This document shows, piece after piece, positions 49,181 to 59,302 of a stretch of 64,000 nucleotides of DNA (positions are counted from its first letter, which is position 1; the number at the start of each line of letters is the position of its first letter). Both the position numbers and the translations under genes were made by a program. Under the pieces are notes generated by a model. It was not told the DNA's origin. It saw only the letters and a list, made by a program, of their open reading frames with translations, and made no database searches. The DNA comes from an uncultured Dehalococcoidia bacterium (GTDB lineage: Bacteria; Chloroflexota; Dehalococcoidia; Lucifugimonadales; UBA826), in NCBI GenBank assembly GCA_964500645.1, contig CAZCOH010000003.1, positions 23,536 to 87,535 of the forward strand. The letters run 5' to 3'.

Positions 49181-49215
49181 TTTTTTGTGACCGCCGTTTT
49201 AATTTTGCTATGGAT

Positions 49216-49704
49216 TTAATGGGAGATATCATCTTTGGACATGTTTTTGATTAAATCTACGACATGGTCAGGGTTAACTTTGCCAAAGAGTTCGTGGTTT
49301 AAATTTACAACTGGAGCTTGTGAACAGGCTCCTAAACAAGTGTTAAACCTGAAAGATACTTTGCCGTCAGAGGTGTCACCTTCTGTTTCTAGTTTTAATT
49401 CATCGAGCACTTTGTCTAATATGTTAGCTGCTCCAGCAAGATGGCAGGTTGGACCCCAACATACTTCTACGGTGTGATCTCCAGGGGGTGTAAATCTAAA
49501 GTTGGGGTAAAAAGAGGCAACCCCGTATACAGCGTTTTTAGAAGTTCCCATTTTTATAGCTACTTGCTCTATTGCTTCATTGGGGATATATCCAATCTCG
49601 TCTTGAACAGCAAGCAGAGAAGAAAGCACTGTCACGGTAGGGCGTTTCTGGTTCTGTATGGCTATGTTAATTTGATCGACTAGACTTTCAGTTTCTGGTG
49701 CCAA
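49216..49704 (-). CDS. NuoE/HydC-like [2Fe-2S] subunit
   Basis: GVASFY, CWGPTC, TCLGAC; TTG start with GGTGAGG upstream. Confidence 0.9.
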   Translation of the reverse strand: MAPETESLVDQINIAIQNQKRPTVTVLSSLLAVQDEIGYIPNEAIEQVAIKMGTSKNAVYGVASFYPNFRFTPPGDHTVEVCWGPTCHLAGAANILDKVLDELKLETEGDTSDGKVSFRFNTCLGACSQAPVVNLNHELFGKVNPDHVVDLIKNMSKDDISH

Positions 49705-49722
49705 AGATGTCCATCCTCACCT

Positions 49723-49768
49723 TCGTAAAAATCTTCACAATCATAGCACAGCACATATACATGAACAA
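49723..49768 (-). promoter_or_regulatory. Promoter (TTGTTC-17-TATGAT) overlapped by a Rex-like operator TTGTGAAGATTTTTACGA
   Basis: -35 at 49763-49768, -10 at 49740-49745. The 18-bp box at 49723-49740 has 2 mismatches to TTGTGAA-N4-TTCACAA. Confidence 0.5.
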
Positions 49769-49775
49769 TTAAATT

Positions 49776-51086
49776 CTAAACGAAATTTTTGATGACAATA
49801 TCTGCTACTTCATGACCCATTTTTACGCTGTAATTTGTACCTCTGTCTTCTGGGTAAATCTGTGTGGTATTCGCCAAATACAAATTGTCTACTCCAGTCA
49901 AATGTGAGGGGATAGTTGAAGAATAGTTTTTACCAATAATAGGTTGTGCTCCGTCTATTTTGAAATGATATTTACGCAGCATCCAGGACTTCTCGAAATT
50001 CGGATTTATTTTCGAGATATGAGGAAGATAATGTTCTAGAAGTTCTTGTTCGCTCATTTGGTACATTTCGCTATCTCGAGTAAGGTAATTTGAAAGATAA
50101 ACTATGTGTTTTCCACCGTAGTTTTCAGTACCGACCAGATTCGTGTGTTCTATAACACCTACAAACGGTGTATCCCGATCTGCTACGTTGAGCCAGTATA
50201 TATTGGATAATGGTCTGTCGAGAACTAGTATAAGTAGGACTGCAGACATGTAAGGTACGGTAGACAATTTTTTTCTGTAGTCGTCACTGAGTCCCTCAGT
50301 AATCATATTAAAGATGTGAGATGGGGTCGTTGAAATCACGGCGTCAAATTTTTTAAAATGATTGTTTTTTCCCACTTCAATCCCTTCTAATTTGTTAGAA
50401 GTCACTTTGATTTTATTTACAGGAGTGGACATCACAATGTTTGCTCCCTGCGAGATTGTTTTATTCAACAGAGTTTCAAAGACTTCTTTAAAGCTACCAC
50501 TAGGGTATCCAAGCATTTCTTTTGAAACTCCTTTTCTCGATGCAAAGCGGGTATTCATTTTTCCCCATACCCATGCCATTCCAACTTCTTGATAATGGGT
50601 TTCCCCAAATTTGCCTTTCAGCATAGGTTCCCAAAAAGCTTTGAAGGCTTTTTCGCCTGCATTTTTCTGCAACCAATCCACAGCAGTTATATTTTCAACT
50701 TCTGCCCAGTTTTTTATAAACCGTATCTTCAGTGAGGAAAGACCGAGCCTGATTCTGTTGAAAGGAGATAGTGGTGTGTATTTAAGCAAGTCTAGAGGGG
50801 ATGAGAAGTTGTAAATTTTTCCGCCTGATAAAGTACCTACGCTAGAAGGGAACCAATCAATAGTTTTTTCAAGACCGATTTCTTTGCATAATTTGATAAT
50901 GTCAATATCGCTTGTGAACCAGTGATGATAGCCCTTTTCCAAAGGGAACCCTTCTATATTAAAAGTAGCTGCGTGGCCACCTACAAAATCATCCCGTTCG
51001 TATATAGTCACGTCATGATTTCTTTTTGTTAAATAATAGGCGGCCGTAAGGCCAGTCGCGCCCGCTCCTAGTATAGCTATCTTCAT
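49776..51086 (-). CDS. FAD-dependent oxidoreductase (amine oxidase/PPOX-like fold), substrate unknown
   Basis: GAGATGLTAA, ERDDFVGG, YHHWF, YPEDRGTNY. Confidence 0.75.
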   Translation of the reverse strand: MKIAILGAGATGLTAAYYLTKRNHDVTIYERDDFVGGHAATFNIEGFPLEKGYHHWFTSDIDIIKLCKEIGLEKTIDWFPSSVGTLSGGKIYNFSSPLDLLKYTPLSPFNRIRLGLSSLKIRFIKNWAEVENITAVDWLQKNAGEKAFKAFWEPMLKGKFGETHYQEVGMAWVWGKMNTRFASRKGVSKEMLGYPSGSFKEVFETLLNKTISQGANIVMSTPVNKIKVTSNKLEGIEVGKNNHFKKFDAVISTTPSHIFNMITEGLSDDYRKKLSTVPYMSAVLLILVLDRPLSNIYWLNVADRDTPFVGVIEHTNLVGTENYGGKHIVYLSNYLTRDSEMYQMSEQELLEHYLPHISKINPNFEKSWMLRKYHFKIDGAQPIIGKNYSSTIPSHLTGVDNLYLANTTQIYPEDRGTNYSVKMGHEVADIVIKNFV

Positions 51087-51089
51087 TTG

Positions 51090-52142
51090 TTATTCCGTTT
51101 TCGAGCTCTGGTTATTTATTTTCGATAAGGATAAAAGACTTATCCCATCTAACCATAAAAAGATCTGCCCCAGTATTATCATAGACAACAGCAAGCAAGA
51201 ATGAGTTATTGTGGCGAAAGCCGCCGCATCAGGTCTTTCAACTGTGCCATGCGGCATTAATACTAGAGTTTCTCGTGCAATCAACTCAAATAATCCTACA
51301 CCGCCTGGAGCTAATGGTATGGACGAACCAATGTTGGTGATGCCTGTCACTAATATGGTTGCTGAAAATGTAGAGATTATTCCGTCAAAATACATGTTAA
51401 GGTCCAGGCTTAGAGCTACAAACAAAAACAAGAAAGTTTCACAAATCCAAATCGGTATAGAAAGTAACAGTACTTTTGTTATCATCGAAATGCTTTTAAG
51501 AGATTCCAACCCGTCAAAAAGCTTTCCTGAGGAATCTATCAATTTCAGATGCAATCTTTGGGGGACGAATTTGGTAAATTTATGCAAGAATTTTTCGGTT
51601 TTTTTTCGAAATAATGCAATAAATATCAATGCACCGAATAAGGCAACGAAAGGAGCCACAAATATAAAAACCAAAAAAGGTTCAGGGATTTTCGCTAAAG
51701 ATGATAGACCGTGAACCGTATCACCTATGGGAATGAAAATCGAAGTGATTCCTATTAAAAATATTAAGGCTAAAGCATCTAATATCCTTTCAATAAAAAT
51801 GGTACTCAATCCTGTGACAGTGCTTACGTTTTCCCGCTTACTTAAATAATAACCTCTGACCAACTCTCCTAGTCTGAATGGCAGAAGATTGTTTGCCATG
51901 TATCCAACCACAACAACAGGGTAGAGCCTGAAAGAATTTACTGTTTTCGTTGTTGTTAATAAATATTTCCATCTCAATGCCCTAAACCAAATGCTTAACA
52001 TATATATCAGGATGCCTGGTATCAAATAAATATATTCTGCCCTTTTAAAGGCCGATTTCATAAGGTCAAAGTCCGAGGTGTAGAAAAATATGACTAGAAG
52101 CAATAACCCTAGTGATGATGCGACTATGAATTTAATTAACAT
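51090..52142 (-). CDS. Lysylphosphatidylglycerol-synthase TM domain / AglD2-like flippase family protein
   Basis: RALRWKYLL, YMANNLLPFRLGELVR, IERILD, PLAPGGVGLFE. Confidence 0.85.
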   Translation of the reverse strand: MLIKFIVASSLGLLLLVIFFYTSDFDLMKSAFKRAEYIYLIPGILIYMLSIWFRALRWKYLLTTTKTVNSFRLYPVVVVGYMANNLLPFRLGELVRGYYLSKRENVSTVTGLSTIFIERILDALALIFLIGITSIFIPIGDTVHGLSSLAKIPEPFLVFIFVAPFVALFGALIFIALFRKKTEKFLHKFTKFVPQRLHLKLIDSSGKLFDGLESLKSISMITKVLLLSIPIWICETFLFLFVALSLDLNMYFDGIISTFSATILVTGITNIGSSIPLAPGGVGLFELIARETLVLMPHGTVERPDAAAFATITHSCLLLSMIILGQIFLWLDGISLLSLSKINNQSSKTE

Positions 52143-52161
52143 ATTTGTTGCGATATATAAT

Positions 52162-54354
52162 TCATTTGGGAGATCTGATTTCAGTTGAAATTAAATTAAT
52201 TTCAGGGAAGTTTTCTTTTGTGTATAAATAGGCATCTTCACTCCCTATGTTTTCTGATACTCCGTCTCTATGTAACCAATATGACAATAGTCTGTGCCAA
52301 GAGTTTAGGTCCGCTACACTCCCAATAATTTTTTTTATGCTGACTTCTCGGTATGTGTATTCTGGAAACCACCACCTGTGAGGGATGATGACGCCATTTT
52401 TAAATCCACTGGATATTATTTTATTTGAACTGACCTCATTGTTTGAAGAATGGACCAATATCACGTCGGCGGTTATTGTTTGCTCTATGGGCCCAGAGTT
52501 ATAAACGGGGTAACCAACGTTGGGACGGTTTCTTAGATACCATGACCAAGGCCATGTAAACCCATTGGTCTGGTCGATCTGTATATCGGTGGATAGGCTG
52601 ACTTGATCAATAGCTACTGCCACGGTTTTAAGGTCTGGTGATGTTTGAGTGTATACAATCATCTCTACTGGTATGTCGGCGTTTTTAAAGCTGGCATGGA
52701 TAGATGTTCTGATTGTGAGAATAGCTAGGAATAGAACGAATCCAATGATTACAAAATTTATTCGATCAGAGTTCTGGTTGTCTAAAATCTTTTTGATGAA
52801 TATGTAGAGGCCTACGAACAATGACAATGCAATTGTTATTGCTATGACTGTTGAAACATCACTGTTAGTGTCTTTAAATGATCTAATGCTTGTCCATAAT
52901 AATATGCAAGCCACTGGCATTGAAATTATGGAAATCATGTTTTTGATTGATGTGAGATTTTGAACTCTAGTTGTCGTTAAAATATTCCCTATGTAGTGTC
53001 CCGACAATACAATTAGTGGAACTGTTATGTTTACCAGCAACCAAGGCATTTTTTCGCTTGCTACTGTGTATAGAATGAATGTGGTGACACACCAATATAT
53101 TAGAAATAATTTGAATCTGCTTGGATTACTTAGATAGTGAAGTATTGCAAACAAAGCTACACAAAGAGACAGATACTCGTATAGTGGGGTGAGCATTAAA
53201 TAATAATGAAGAGGTTGCCCTCCCCTGGCTTCCCCTTGTTGAACAATCCAATAGCCCAGAGATTGCCATATGCCCGATCTTATTCCCCCTCCGATATTTG
53301 TTAAAAGAGTGGTGTAAATTAAAATCCAGATTGTGTAAAAAATCAGAGCACACCGCCACCATATGCTCCAACACCATCTGTAACCGATGTAAAAAGAAAA
53401 TCCTAGTAATGCTGATACAAATGTAAAGGCGAGTACTTTTCCTCCTCCGATTGGCATGCCTATCATGCCTTTTTCGCTCAATAGTGTGATGTTCATCCAC
53501 GATATTGGAGGGAAGTTTTCCGTAATACCTAGAAATGCTGACCATTGAGGTAGAGTAACGGAAGCAATCACAATCAATAACGACACTTGAGGTGATACTT
53601 TGGATAATGAAATTCCACCTCGATAGTAAGTAAAAGTGTTTTTAAGAAATTTTACAAAAAGATTGGGATATGTAGTTATTGATAGATCGATAGGTTCAAT
53701 TGTGCGGTTCCATACTTCATACAGGCAATAAAGTATCAGGTAAAGTCCTATTAGTCCTGATATTAAATAAGCACTTTCCTTTGTGCCAAAACTTAATGCC
53801 AATAGACCGGTAAAGAAGTACAAATATTTGACTTTAGAGGTCTCTAAATATTTCCACATAGCGACAATTATTCCGAAAGTAAATACAGCCATTAGAATAT
53901 CGTTACGTGCGAATCTACTAAAGTAGAGTAGGGCAGGGGATATTGCAAACAACAGTGAGGTGATTACTCCTCCAGTTCTACCTAGCGAGCTCCTAAAAAG
54001 AAAAGGCATAAGTGTGAGGAGTGATCCTGCTAAAACGTATATAAGTCTTGCCGTGAAATCGCTGTCGCCAAACAGGAAAAATATTCCCGCGGTGAGCTCC
54101 ATTTGAAGTGGCCCATGCATCATCGGATTGTGAATTAGCCCTAATCCTTCAGAAAGTTGCCATGAGTGAAAGGCATGTAGACTTTCGTCATGGTGCATAG
54201 CTCGATCCCCTAAATTGTAGAGCCGGAGAAGTAAAGCTCCTAAAAATATGGTGAGGTATAGACCAATTTCAATAAAAAACCTTAAACGGGTTCTATATTT
54301 GGAACTTATATTACTTAGCAATCTATTCTCTGATACGGTAAATTCTGGGGCCAT
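52162..54354 (-). CDS. TIGR03663-family (Agl23-like) PMT-related GT-C membrane protein; start uncertain (ATG 54354 or TTG 54321)
   Basis: HHDESLH (DE dipeptide), MHGPL (HGP), ARL, SRFARND; polytopic. Confidence 0.8.
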   Translation of the reverse strand: MAPEFTVSENRLLSNISSKYRTRLRFFIEIGLYLTIFLGALLLRLYNLGDRAMHHDESLHAFHSWQLSEGLGLIHNPMMHGPLQMELTAGIFFLFGDSDFTARLIYVLAGSLLTLMPFLFRSSLGRTGGVITSLLFAISPALLYFSRFARNDILMAVFTFGIIVAMWKYLETSKVKYLYFFTGLLALSFGTKESAYLISGLIGLYLILYCLYEVWNRTIEPIDLSITTYPNLFVKFLKNTFTYYRGGISLSKVSPQVSLLIVIASVTLPQWSAFLGITENFPPISWMNITLLSEKGMIGMPIGGGKVLAFTFVSALLGFSFYIGYRWCWSIWWRCALIFYTIWILIYTTLLTNIGGGIRSGIWQSLGYWIVQQGEARGGQPLHYYLMLTPLYEYLSLCVALFAILHYLSNPSRFKLFLIYWCVTTFILYTVASEKMPWLLVNITVPLIVLSGHYIGNILTTTRVQNLTSIKNMISIISMPVACILLWTSIRSFKDTNSDVSTVIAITIALSLFVGLYIFIKKILDNQNSDRINFVIIGFVLFLAILTIRTSIHASFKNADIPVEMIVYTQTSPDLKTVAVAIDQVSLSTDIQIDQTNGFTWPWSWYLRNRPNVGYPVYNSGPIEQTITADVILVHSSNNEVSSNKIISSGFKNGVIIPHRWWFPEYTYREVSIKKIIGSVADLNSWHRLLSYWLHRDGVSENIGSEDAYLYTKENFPEINLISTEIRSPK

Positions 54355-56620
54355 CTTGATTTCCAAATACCAGGTCCCCAATTTCATCGAATTTTCCGAA
54401 GTCTGTGTTCGAATAATCTTGATCCGTATTACTTCCGATGAAAACGTATTTGACCTGGTAGCTTGCAAGTAATCTTTTTGTTAATCCGTGATCCTCGGAT
54501 TCGTATATAACCTTGACGTCTTCAATCCTTTTCTCTATTTCTTGTATTTGACCTCTCCATTGAATCTGATGACCCGGCCAATTAATTATGTTTGGTATAC
54601 CAGTACTACTGGATATTTGAGCGTAATTCCCCCATTCTCCGACTATTTCGAGGATACCGTCTTTTGGAGATATATTTTTTCGTGCGTACATGATGGCATT
54701 ATAAAGTTTCGGGTTATCGACTTTCAGAAATTTTAGTCCGTCCAAAGTTTTGTGCGGAGATTCAGATGCTCTTGTAGAAATTGAGGCAGGAGCGTAATAG
54801 AGTCCCATAGAAACAACAATAACTGTGATCGCAATTACTAGGTTTAATGTCAACTTTTTCAATCCTGATGAATCTTTCATATAAGCATATAGCGAATACA
54901 TAGAGTATCCGGCGGGTATGGAAAGTATGATCCAAGCCTGGTAATAAAGCTTAAAAACCGTGTTCATGCGATTACCATATACATCCCCGATGTATATAAA
55001 TTCTGGTATTAGTATTAATAACAATCCAGACGATATTAGAAATAATGATAGCGCTTTTGGACTAAATCCCTGGTTCATAGTTAATGAAATGGTAGTTAGA
55101 GAGCATAAGAAAACTAATGCTGTGATCAGTGGAGTGAAGCCCCTGATCCCAGTGTCTAGATTTGTCCCAATTTCGGTCGTAAATAGGCTGAATATCCACG
55201 GCGATATTGCTACCGCAATTGCTATTAATATGTTTGTTTTCCAAAGACGTGAAATCGGAGATTTCCAAAAATGCATCAGTGAGCTTGGCATTATCACTAT
55301 AAAGAGTGGGCCCCACATTATTAAACCATGTCCGATCCCTGTTTTTACTTGGGTAGTAAATATTCCAGATGCAGAAGTTTGGAAGTCATATAAATATGGG
55401 GATAGCAATAGAATACTGAGAATAAGCATAGCAGCTGGTATCCAAAGCATTTTCACATCGAGTTTTGAATCTGTAGCTAATATTTTCAAAAAGAATATTG
55501 AAAACAAAGAAGCTATTAATATTGGTAAATTCCATAGATTTGAGAAACTAGCTGTGAATAGACATATTGCCGATATGACACACGTGAAAATGTTTGTTGC
55601 ATTAAATTGAGTCAACCGTTTGCTATTTGTAAATGTGAACAAAATTGCTATGAATGTGACGATAAAAGGCGCAGACATTACGTGTGGATGTAGGTCTCCT
55701 AAGAGGTAGCTAAAAAAAGGGAATTCTGTGATCGTGTAATCTAGACCTTTTAGTTCGCATTGGTTCCCAAAATAATTCGTTATCCTGGAAGCTTTAAACC
55801 ACCACCAGAAGTCGACTGGTCTCCAGGAATCGACAACTGTAGTAACCTCATCAGTCATTCCATCAATACAAACCAAGTTCCAAAACGAAGAAGATCCAAT
55901 CATGTTTTGTCGGATCAGTTCCATAAAGCCTTGCAAATTAGCAAGTAAGATCGCAGAAATTACTGAAATAATGCCAAATAAAAACCGTGTTGAAAGCTTT
56001 GGTATCTTTTTTAACAGAGTCGTAGATAAGCCAAATACACTTATTGCAACAAGGCTAGGTACAGTGGCCATACTTAGGTTATATGCAATTTCAGGCCTAA
56101 CTGCAGTAAGTTTACCTATATTTCCGAATATCCAATATCCGAAATAGTAGTAGCTAATATTCGTATTTTTCATCCAAGGGTCAATTGGACCACCTGTGTC
56201 TGAGACCAGCATAGCATTAAGAAACGCAAAATCCATGAGCTGTTCAGTATGGTTTATTGCGGGGTTAAGATATCTGACAAATGAAAATAAAAGGAAAGTA
56301 ACTAGAAATACGCACTCACATGCAAAAAGGTATTTCCATCGGTTTTGTAGATAGGACAGGAATTCATTTTTGTTATAAATAACAATATATCCAGATCCTA
56401 CGATTAGCAGTGCTAGGATCAAGTAAATCCAAATGATCAATGTGCCAAAAGGCACAAATAAATTTGTCATCCATGAAGCCAGAGCGATTGTAGCTAATCC
56501 TAAGGCTTTCGAAAAACAATAGCCCTTGTCTTCAGATCCAGCAAAAATTTTGAAAAGAATTGGTAGAAATATAAAACCAATTAATTCAATTACAAGTAAC
56601 CAAATTAAGGGAGCCATCAT
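54323..56620 (-). CDS. Chlor_Arch_YYY (TIGR03662/DUF2298) membrane protein
   Basis: TEQLMDFAFLN, DPW...ISYYYFG, ITEFPFFSYLLGDLHPH, TVFKLYYQAW. Confidence 0.88.
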   Translation of the reverse strand: MMAPLIWLLVIELIGFIFLPILFKIFAGSEDKGYCFSKALGLATIALASWMTNLFVPFGTLIIWIYLILALLIVGSGYIVIYNKNEFLSYLQNRWKYLFACECVFLVTFLLFSFVRYLNPAINHTEQLMDFAFLNAMLVSDTGGPIDPWMKNTNISYYYFGYWIFGNIGKLTAVRPEIAYNLSMATVPSLVAISVFGLSTTLLKKIPKLSTRFLFGIISVISAILLANLQGFMELIRQNMIGSSSFWNLVCIDGMTDEVTTVVDSWRPVDFWWWFKASRITNYFGNQCELKGLDYTITEFPFFSYLLGDLHPHVMSAPFIVTFIAILFTFTNSKRLTQFNATNIFTCVISAICLFTASFSNLWNLPILIASLFSIFFLKILATDSKLDVKMLWIPAAMLILSILLLSPYLYDFQTSASGIFTTQVKTGIGHGLIMWGPLFIVIMPSSLMHFWKSPISRLWKTNILIAIAVAISPWIFSLFTTEIGTNLDTGIRGFTPLITALVFLCSLTTISLTMNQGFSPKALSLFLISSGLLLILIPEFIYIGDVYGNRMNTVFKLYYQAWIILSIPAGYSMYSLYAYMKDSSGLKKLTLNLVIAITVIVVSMGLYYAPASISTRASESPHKTLDGLKFLKVDNPKLYNAIMYARKNISPKDGILEIVGEWGNYAQISSSTGIPNIINWPGHQIQWRGQIQEIEKRIEDVKVIYESEDHGLTKRLLASYQVKYVFIGSNTDQDYSNTDFGKFDEIGDLVFGNQDGPRIYRIRE

Positions 56621-56769
56621 GGAATCATTATATGTCTACATCTGGTGATTCGTAACACTTTTGTAATCTACATGCTCACGTTGATATTTTCAGTTTTTCA
56701 GAGAGAAACCATTGAAAGTGATTCAAGCATCATTGCGCTTATGTTCCCTAAAGTTAATATGGAAGTCAA

Positions 56770-58140
56770 TTACTGGATTAAGGGTCTTTGTAAGTGAAAA
56801 TCTGAAGTTTTTTGAAAATTGTGAGCAATTCTCAACGTCAGATCGTCTGTGTGTTTTTTAGTAGAAATCATAAGTCCGGTTGGTAGCCCATCTTTGTCAA
56901 AGCCATTTGGTATCGATATGGATGGCTGCCTGGATTGATTGAATACTCTCGTATTCCTACTTTTGTAGTCAATATTGTTGTGTTTGTCACCTATGATTTC
57001 AGCAACTTGATTACATGTTGGGACTATATAGCCGTCTATATTCCCTGCATGTAGTGTTCTTTCAAATTCCAACTCTAAATTTGCGCGCCATTCTAAGGAT
57101 CTTACATATTCATGCGCAGAGTCATCGAGACCTGCCAACAATGAATTTCGCACCTCTTCCCCTATTAATTGACTGTTTTCTCTAAGAATATCTTCTATAT
57201 ATGTTGCCCCTTCTACACGGACAATAGAGTTAGGCGTATATCTCACATTTGGTTCAGACTCAGTTATTTTGACACCGATTGTAGATAGTAATTTTAAAGA
57301 TTCCTCAAAGGAGTCTATGACAGAAGATTCACAATTCTCTAATAGGCTTGGGATGATCGCTAACGTCAAACCTTTGACTGAATGTTCTATTTTATTTGTA
57401 AAGGATTTATTCACATGTGGGTCTAGCATAGATTCCAACAAAAGAGCGCATTCATATGCCGATCTTGCCATAGGTCCGGCGTGATCCAAGGTTTTTGACA
57501 AAGGTATGATTCCTTCAGTGCTTACTAGTCCGTAGGTTGGTTTATGTCCTGTTATTCCGCAGAACGCCGCAGGGTTTCTGACGGATCCACCAGTGTCCGT
57601 TCCAAGTGCTGCTGGAATTTGGCCAGCGGATAGAGCTGCTCCTGATCCACCTGAAGAGCCTCCGGGAACGCGGTCCAGATTCCAAGGATTACGAGTGGGC
57701 CCATAGTGTGGATTATTGGTAGTCATGCCAAAAGCCAATTCATGTGTGTTGGTTTTGCCTATCATAATCATACCGGCTTGGGTTAGCAGTTCCACAACTT
57801 TAGAATTTCTTTCGGGGATTCTATTGTGATATGCCAAAGTTCCACCCGCAGTTGTTACCCCAGCGGTGTCGTATAGATCCTTCACGGCTAACGGGATTCC
57901 ATCAAGAGGGCTTTTGGGTCCTTTAGTCGAAAGTCGCCTGTCAGCAGCTTTTGCTTGTTCGATCGCTAGATCTGCAGTAATAAGAACAAAGGAATTTATA
58001 ATGGAATTGGTTTTATCTATGTTACTTAGAGTATCTTGAGTAAGTTCAACAGCAGAAATCACTTTTTTATCTAAAAGGTTTCTGAGATCAATTATTGAAC
58101 GGTAATCACTGTTAACTGTTTTCATTTCTGCATAATACAA
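56770..58140 (-). CDS. Amidase-signature family enzyme
   Basis: AVKD, GKTNTHE, PGGSSGGS, GTDTGGSVRNPA. Confidence 0.9.
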   Translation of the reverse strand: MYYAEMKTVNSDYRSIIDLRNLLDKKVISAVELTQDTLSNIDKTNSIINSFVLITADLAIEQAKAADRRLSTKGPKSPLDGIPLAVKDLYDTAGVTTAGGTLAYHNRIPERNSKVVELLTQAGMIMIGKTNTHELAFGMTTNNPHYGPTRNPWNLDRVPGGSSGGSGAALSAGQIPAALGTDTGGSVRNPAAFCGITGHKPTYGLVSTEGIIPLSKTLDHAGPMARSAYECALLLESMLDPHVNKSFTNKIEHSVKGLTLAIIPSLLENCESSVIDSFEESLKLLSTIGVKITESEPNVRYTPNSIVRVEGATYIEDILRENSQLIGEEVRNSLLAGLDDSAHEYVRSLEWRANLELEFERTLHAGNIDGYIVPTCNQVAEIIGDKHNNIDYKSRNTRVFNQSRQPSISIPNGFDKDGLPTGLMISTKKHTDDLTLRIAHNFQKTSDFHLQRPLIQ

Positions 58141-58259
58141 AAATTTGTACTTAGAGCAAATAGTGAATCACAAGATGTGAATTCATAATAAGTATCAAAT
58201 CAAAGTTATATTGAGTCATGTGAGCCTACACAGATACGTTTTTATTTGTAAAAACATTA

Positions 58260-59207
58260 TTAATTTTTATTTATTTCACTCTCTATTAATGAGTCGACAA
58301 ACTGATTTGCATCGAACAGTGCCATATCGTTTGCTTCCTCACCAGTACCAACGAATAAAATCGGCAATCTAACGTCTTTTACTATTGATAGGGCTATACC
58401 TCCTTTCGCAGATCCATCAAGTTTAGAAAGAAATACCCCATCGCACTGTACAGTTTCTTGGAAGGACCGTGCTTGAGATATTCCATTTTGTCCAGTTGTA
58501 GCATCTATGGTTAATAGTACTTTCACCCTGCTATCTCCAGCTTCTCTCATGGATATTCTGTGAATCTTTTTCAATTCTTCCATTAAATTAGATTTATCTT
58601 GTAGTCTGCCGGCCGTATCAATTATTGCGACGTCGACTTTCCTGCTTTTTGCTGCAGATATAGTGTCGAAAGCTACGGCTCCAGGGTCCGATCCGGATTG
58701 ATGGGAAATCATCTGCACTGAAAGTTTGTCTGCCCAAGACTTAAGTTGCTCCGGAGCAGCAGCTCTAAAAGTGTCGCCAGCACCCACTAGAACTTCTTTG
58801 CCATTTTCTAGGTACCAATTTGTCAGTTTAGCGATAGTTGTCGTTTTTCCTGCTCCGTTTACACCAACCATCAATATAACAAGAGGACTTCCGCTAGTAT
58901 CCATTATCCAGCTGGGTGGTTGCATGGTTAGTATTTCAATCAATATTTCTTTCAGCAATAAAAAAACATCATTTTTGGAGTCATTTGATTTATCGGTATA
59001 GCGTGTTTTCAACTCAGTAATGATTTGTTCTGAGGTATTTATGCCGACGTCTGAAGAAACTAAAATGTCTTCTAGATCTTCTAGTAATTCATCATTCAGA
59101 AGATTGTTGGCAAACAAATTTTTGATTTGTCCTAACATCGAACCTCTTGTTTTAGTCAGAGCACCCGTCATATTTTCTTGATTGTTCTTTTTGAAAAACT
59201 TGAGCAT
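58260..59207 (-). CDS. ftsY: SRP receptor FtsY
   Basis: GVNGAGKTTTIAKL, DTFRAAA, DTAGRL, SKLDGSAKGG. Confidence 0.95.
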   Translation of the reverse strand: MLKFFKKNNQENMTGALTKTRGSMLGQIKNLFANNLLNDELLEDLEDILVSSDVGINTSEQIITELKTRYTDKSNDSKNDVFLLLKEILIEILTMQPPSWIMDTSGSPLVILMVGVNGAGKTTTIAKLTNWYLENGKEVLVGAGDTFRAAAPEQLKSWADKLSVQMISHQSGSDPGAVAFDTISAAKSRKVDVAIIDTAGRLQDKSNLMEELKKIHRISMREAGDSRVKVLLTIDATTGQNGISQARSFQETVQCDGVFLSKLDGSAKGGIALSIVKDVRLPILFVGTGEEANDMALFDANQFVDSLIESEINKN

Positions 59208-59302
59208 TTTCCTTTATGTGATCCTTCGTTAATATGTACTTATATAATATTAATTGCTAGTATATATTTTTACATATGATATTCAAGCGAAGGGAATTTT
59301 GA

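Noticed and set aside
49776-51086. Protoporphyrinogen oxidase hemY
   Set aside because: Only the FAD fold is shared; the context is a glycosylation cluster with no hem genes.
56770-58140. Glu-tRNA amidotransferase subunit GatA
   Set aside because: No gatB or gatC adjacent; only general amidase-signature motifs are evident.
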